Shown here piece by piece: positions 60,512 to 64,000 of a stretch of DNA of 64,000 nt. The notes beneath the pieces were generated by a model that worked only from the letters and a program-made list of their open reading frames with translations, was not told the DNA's origin and made no database searches. Within the stretch, counting starts at the first letter, position 1; the number at the start of each line of letters is the position of its first letter. A program made the position numbers and the translations under genes. Origin of the DNA: Eledone cirrhosa (lineage: Eukaryota); assembly GCA_964016885.1 (NCBI GenBank), contig OZ024740.1, positions 361,646,001 through 361,710,000 of the forward strand. The letters run 5' to 3'.

Positions 60512-61155
60512 GCAATGACAGTAGCCCGTCTGAAGAAGGAACCCCGTGATGTGGGGTGGCTGTTGCAGCGAGTGTCTCTGGCCATTGTCCGTGGCAATGA
60601 CAGTAGCCCGTCTGAAGAAGGAACCCCGTGATGTGGGGTGGCTGTTGCAGCGAGTGTCTCTGGCCATTGTCCGTGGCAATGACAGTAGCCCGTCTGAGGA
60701 AGGAACCCCGTGATGTGGGGTGGCTGTTGCAGCGAGTGTCGCTGGCCATTGTCCGTGGCAATGACAGTAGCCCGTCTGAGGAAGGAACCCCGTGATGTGG
60801 GGTGGCTGTTGCAGCGAGTGTCTCTGGCCATTGTCCGTGGTAATGCCTTTGCCATTTTGTCCGCAAGGCGCAGCCGAAACACCACTCTGAGGTGCAGAGT
60901 CTGTCACCCTCTCCGCTTTCCTTTTCCTTTCGTTGCTTAATCATCTTTGTCCTTTTCTTCCCTTTTCCTCTTATTTATAGTCTTTTGCAATGCTACTTCC
61001 TTTTTCTTTGATTTCTATTGATTTGTTACTTTTGAATATTTCATATTCCTTATACATATTACATAAATTGTGTTTATACTTGCCGTCTATCAAGAGGTTT
61101 GTTCATCATAAATCAAGAAATTGTAGTTTACTATACAAGTGTTTTAATTTATTAT
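60512..61155 (+). mobile_element. CRE-like RLE retrotransposon extreme 3' end with 4 x 82-bp tandem amplification
   Basis: Unit starts at 60512, 60594, 60676 and 60758. Translation EPRDVGWLLQRVSLAIVRGNAFAIL matches the QRxSxAIxRGNAxxIL C-terminal motif of CRE-type elements. The 3' boundary is approximate. Confidence 0.7.
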
Positions 61156-61832
61156 ATATATATATATTCAAATTTAGGGGCCTTTTAAAACATTCTATAG
61201 GTCCTGCACAACCTAGATCCGACCCTGCAGAAAAATATTAACTTAGTAATAGGTAAATATAATCTTCTCAAATTACTATTCTGAATTGAAATCTGTAATT
61301 CCATATCTTGATAAAACATTTTTTTTCGCTGATTCAAAATTCGGAAATTTAAACAGGTGATAAAATAGATTTGTGTTTTTAAACGAAGGCACTCAGATAT
61401 CATATTCCAGATCATCTGGAATATGAACAGTACGTGTGTTGGACTTCCGTCAGTTCCAACGACGAGTGCCCAGTTGTTCGAACAACGAAACTGCCTACTC
61501 AAGAGGTTTGCTCATGATAAATCAAGAAATTGCAGGCACGTGCACCATTAACATAATTCTCAGGGAGATTCAGCTCGACGCTGCGTGTAATAAGATTAAC
61601 CCTTTGAATTACAGGTATAATTACCTTTTGCCAGCTAAAGGAATTGGAGTCTAATAAAATATACTGATTTACACAAAAATACAGTACACCACGGGGACGC
61701 GAACTCCCGAATGTTACGATCATCAGCCGAATAACTAAATCACTAGGCTACACGCCACCACATTCCTATGAAATATAAACTATTTGATTTGTTTTCTTTG
61801 TTATATTCATTTTTATTATATGTATATACATA

Positions 61833-62050
61833 GGGCAGTGGATTGGCAGTATCGGTAGAAGGTTGGACGCCATGCTTTGCAGCATAGAGTTGCGGCTCTT
61901 TATGATCTGAGCTCAAATCCCGCCGAGGTTAACTTTGCCTTTCATCCTTATGAGGTCGATAAAATAAAGTACCAGTCACGCACTGGGGTCGATTTAATCG
62001 ACTTTCCCCTCCCCACAAATTGCTGGCCTTGTGCCTATATAAGAAACCAT
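61833..62050 (+). mobile_element. Full tRNA-derived SINE
   Basis: ggcagtggattggcagtatcggtag..gagctcaaatcccgccgaggttaactttgcctttcatcc..gtcgataaaataaagtaccagt. Confidence 0.85.
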
Positions 62051-62065
62051 TATATGTATATACAT

Positions 62066-62096
<31 letters not shown>

Positions 62097-62130
62097 CAAA
62101 TATACATACATAAATATATACATACATTTA

Positions 62131-62170
<40 letters not shown>

Positions 62171-63526
62171 CATAATAAACAACATAATATAATTATTCCA
62201 TTATCAAAGGTTTCAGGAGACTAGACGATGCTTACAGATGAAGTATACATATTTGTTGTTTAAATTCATAAGGAACTACAAGAAGTGTGAGTCACTTGGT
62301 AAAGGTGATGTAACTACATCCGTTTACGTTTTGTGTTCAAGTTTCACCGGTGTCGACTTTGCCTTTCATCCTTAAAGAAACGATAAAATCAAACACTAGT
62401 AATGCGCTGATTCGATGCAATTAACCATACTTTTCCCCCTCAAATTACTAGTATTGTGCATATGTTAGAAATTAATATTGGTATCTAATTTAGACAAAAG
62501 GTCAGTACGTTTGAGGATAGCACAAATTTGATTAAACTAACCCCAGTACATGAGTGGTATTTTGTTTTATCGCCCTCAGAAGAATGAACGGTAAAGTTGA
62601 TCTGATTTACACTCAGAACGTAGAAATCATGGCTAAACACCGCATACATATCATTTTGTCCAACGTTCTACCAATTGTGCAAATTTGCTTGCATTTGCTA
62701 GCAATTAATGTTAAGATTACTATATATAAATAATTATGTTACCCCCTTTTTACAGACCTACGACTAAAGGCGTTTCAGTCATGACTACTTCCATTCTACA
62801 ATCGTACTTTGTAAATTGAGCAATGCATAGTTTTTTACAGAAATGCTCAACTAGTGTTTGAGATGAGCCAACGACTGGAGCAAAGTGAAACAAAATGTCT
62901 TACTCAAGGACACAACGTGCCGCCGTTGGGCCCGGAATCGAACTCACGACCTTACGATCGTAAACCGACCACGCTAACCACAAAACTGTGTGACTTCAAT
63001 TGTATACACTTACATATAGATAAATGTGGCTTAGATAAAATAAAGAGACATATAAAGTGACTGGGGTATATTGAGATGCTAGAGAAGAAAGAGGTTTGAT
63101 AATATTATGAAACGTAGCTAACTTGTTGACTTAGAAGAAATGAAATAGAGAAAATATCTGTAGAGATTGATGTTGGCGTTAAGGGTGCTTTCGTTTTTAA
63201 TGTAACACATACTTCTCTTTTTAATTATGTCATACGGATTGGGTTACTAATATATCTTAAGTGAAGACTGCCTGTTTGTTATGTTAACAACGTTGTGTTG
63301 AGCCTACATCGGTTCCGATGACGAGCGTTTCAATCATCCGTAAAATATATGTGCAAGGAGCTGATCATTCTACAAACATATATAACCATAAGGTAGTGGA
63401 AAGCGTGGAAAGCGAAATAACCATAAAAAAACGCTTGAAAACGACTTAGAAAAAATTTAAATCAGAATAAAAATTTAATCCCAAAATAGAGGAAATTGGA
63501 ACATTATCCACTGAAAGTTCCTTAAA

Positions 63527-63562
63527 CCCTGAAGAAAGGACTTGTAGGTCCCGAAATATTGG
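63527..63562 (+). ncRNA. Candidate minimal hammerhead in a pLTR-like segment (~63380-63650)
   Basis: cc-CTGAAGA-aaggac(ttgtag)gtccc-GAAA-t-ATT^gg. The core is intact but stem I is only 2 bp. An A-rich tract follows. Confidence 0.5.
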
Positions 63563-64000
63563 ACAGATACAAAAACAAAAAAAGAAAACAAAACAAAAAC
63601 AAACAAAAAGGTTACCAGGTAACTTATTTTTACTTTTCGTTACCTCATCCTACACGTTGTGTCCTTGAGTAAGACATTTTGTTTCACTTTGCTCCAGTCG
63701 TTGGCTCATCTCAAACACTAGTTGATCATTTCTGTAAAAAACTATGCATTGCTCAATTTACAAAGATGTCCAGCGTCTTTTACAGCTATTGGGAGACTTG
63801 ATAGTTTTATGACCCTAACTGAGGACGATAACAGTCGCCGTGTTCTAACTGCTTGATCTTCATATGAGGGACTAAATTCTGTGAATGAACACCGTTAATT
63901 TTCTCCCTCATATTAAAGATTTGAAGACAATTCATTTTCACCTGACGAGATCAGTGATAATCGATCATGGCTACACGATCGATCTATCTCTTTTTGAAAC

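Noticed and set aside
60512-60840. Regular repeat array resembling a CRISPR array or tandem hammerheads (contains CTGAAGA/CTGAGGA)
   Set aside because: There are no unique spacers and no GAAA-stem III-NUH in the unit. The sequence is explained as LINE coding sequence.

Overview
AT-rich, microsatellite-saturated metazoan DNA. The SINE families and (TA)n/(CA)n density suggest an octopus or other cephalopod (inference). I find no supportable host-gene exon, and most listed ORFs are microsatellite translations. The window is a transposon graveyard: a near full-length but disrupted Tx1/L1-clade LINE (16014-21146), two R4/Dong-type RLE fragments, several RTE fragments, a CRE-like 3' end with an 82-bp tandem amplification, mariner and hAT remnants, and many tRNA-derived SINEs. 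The strongest signal is a set of type I hammerhead ribozymes (about 6 with an intact catalytic core, plus mutated or half copies). They lie in Penelope-like elements and small non-coding elements, most of them inserted in (TA)n tracts. These include a 5'-truncated Naiad-like GIY-YIG element (36090-38452) and a non-coding, circularly permuted ~430-nt retrozyme-like family in three copies. Many hairpin-plus-tail fold-back insertions are also present, some turning exactly at ribozyme stems. All structures were read by eye and none was folded computationally or searched against databases.
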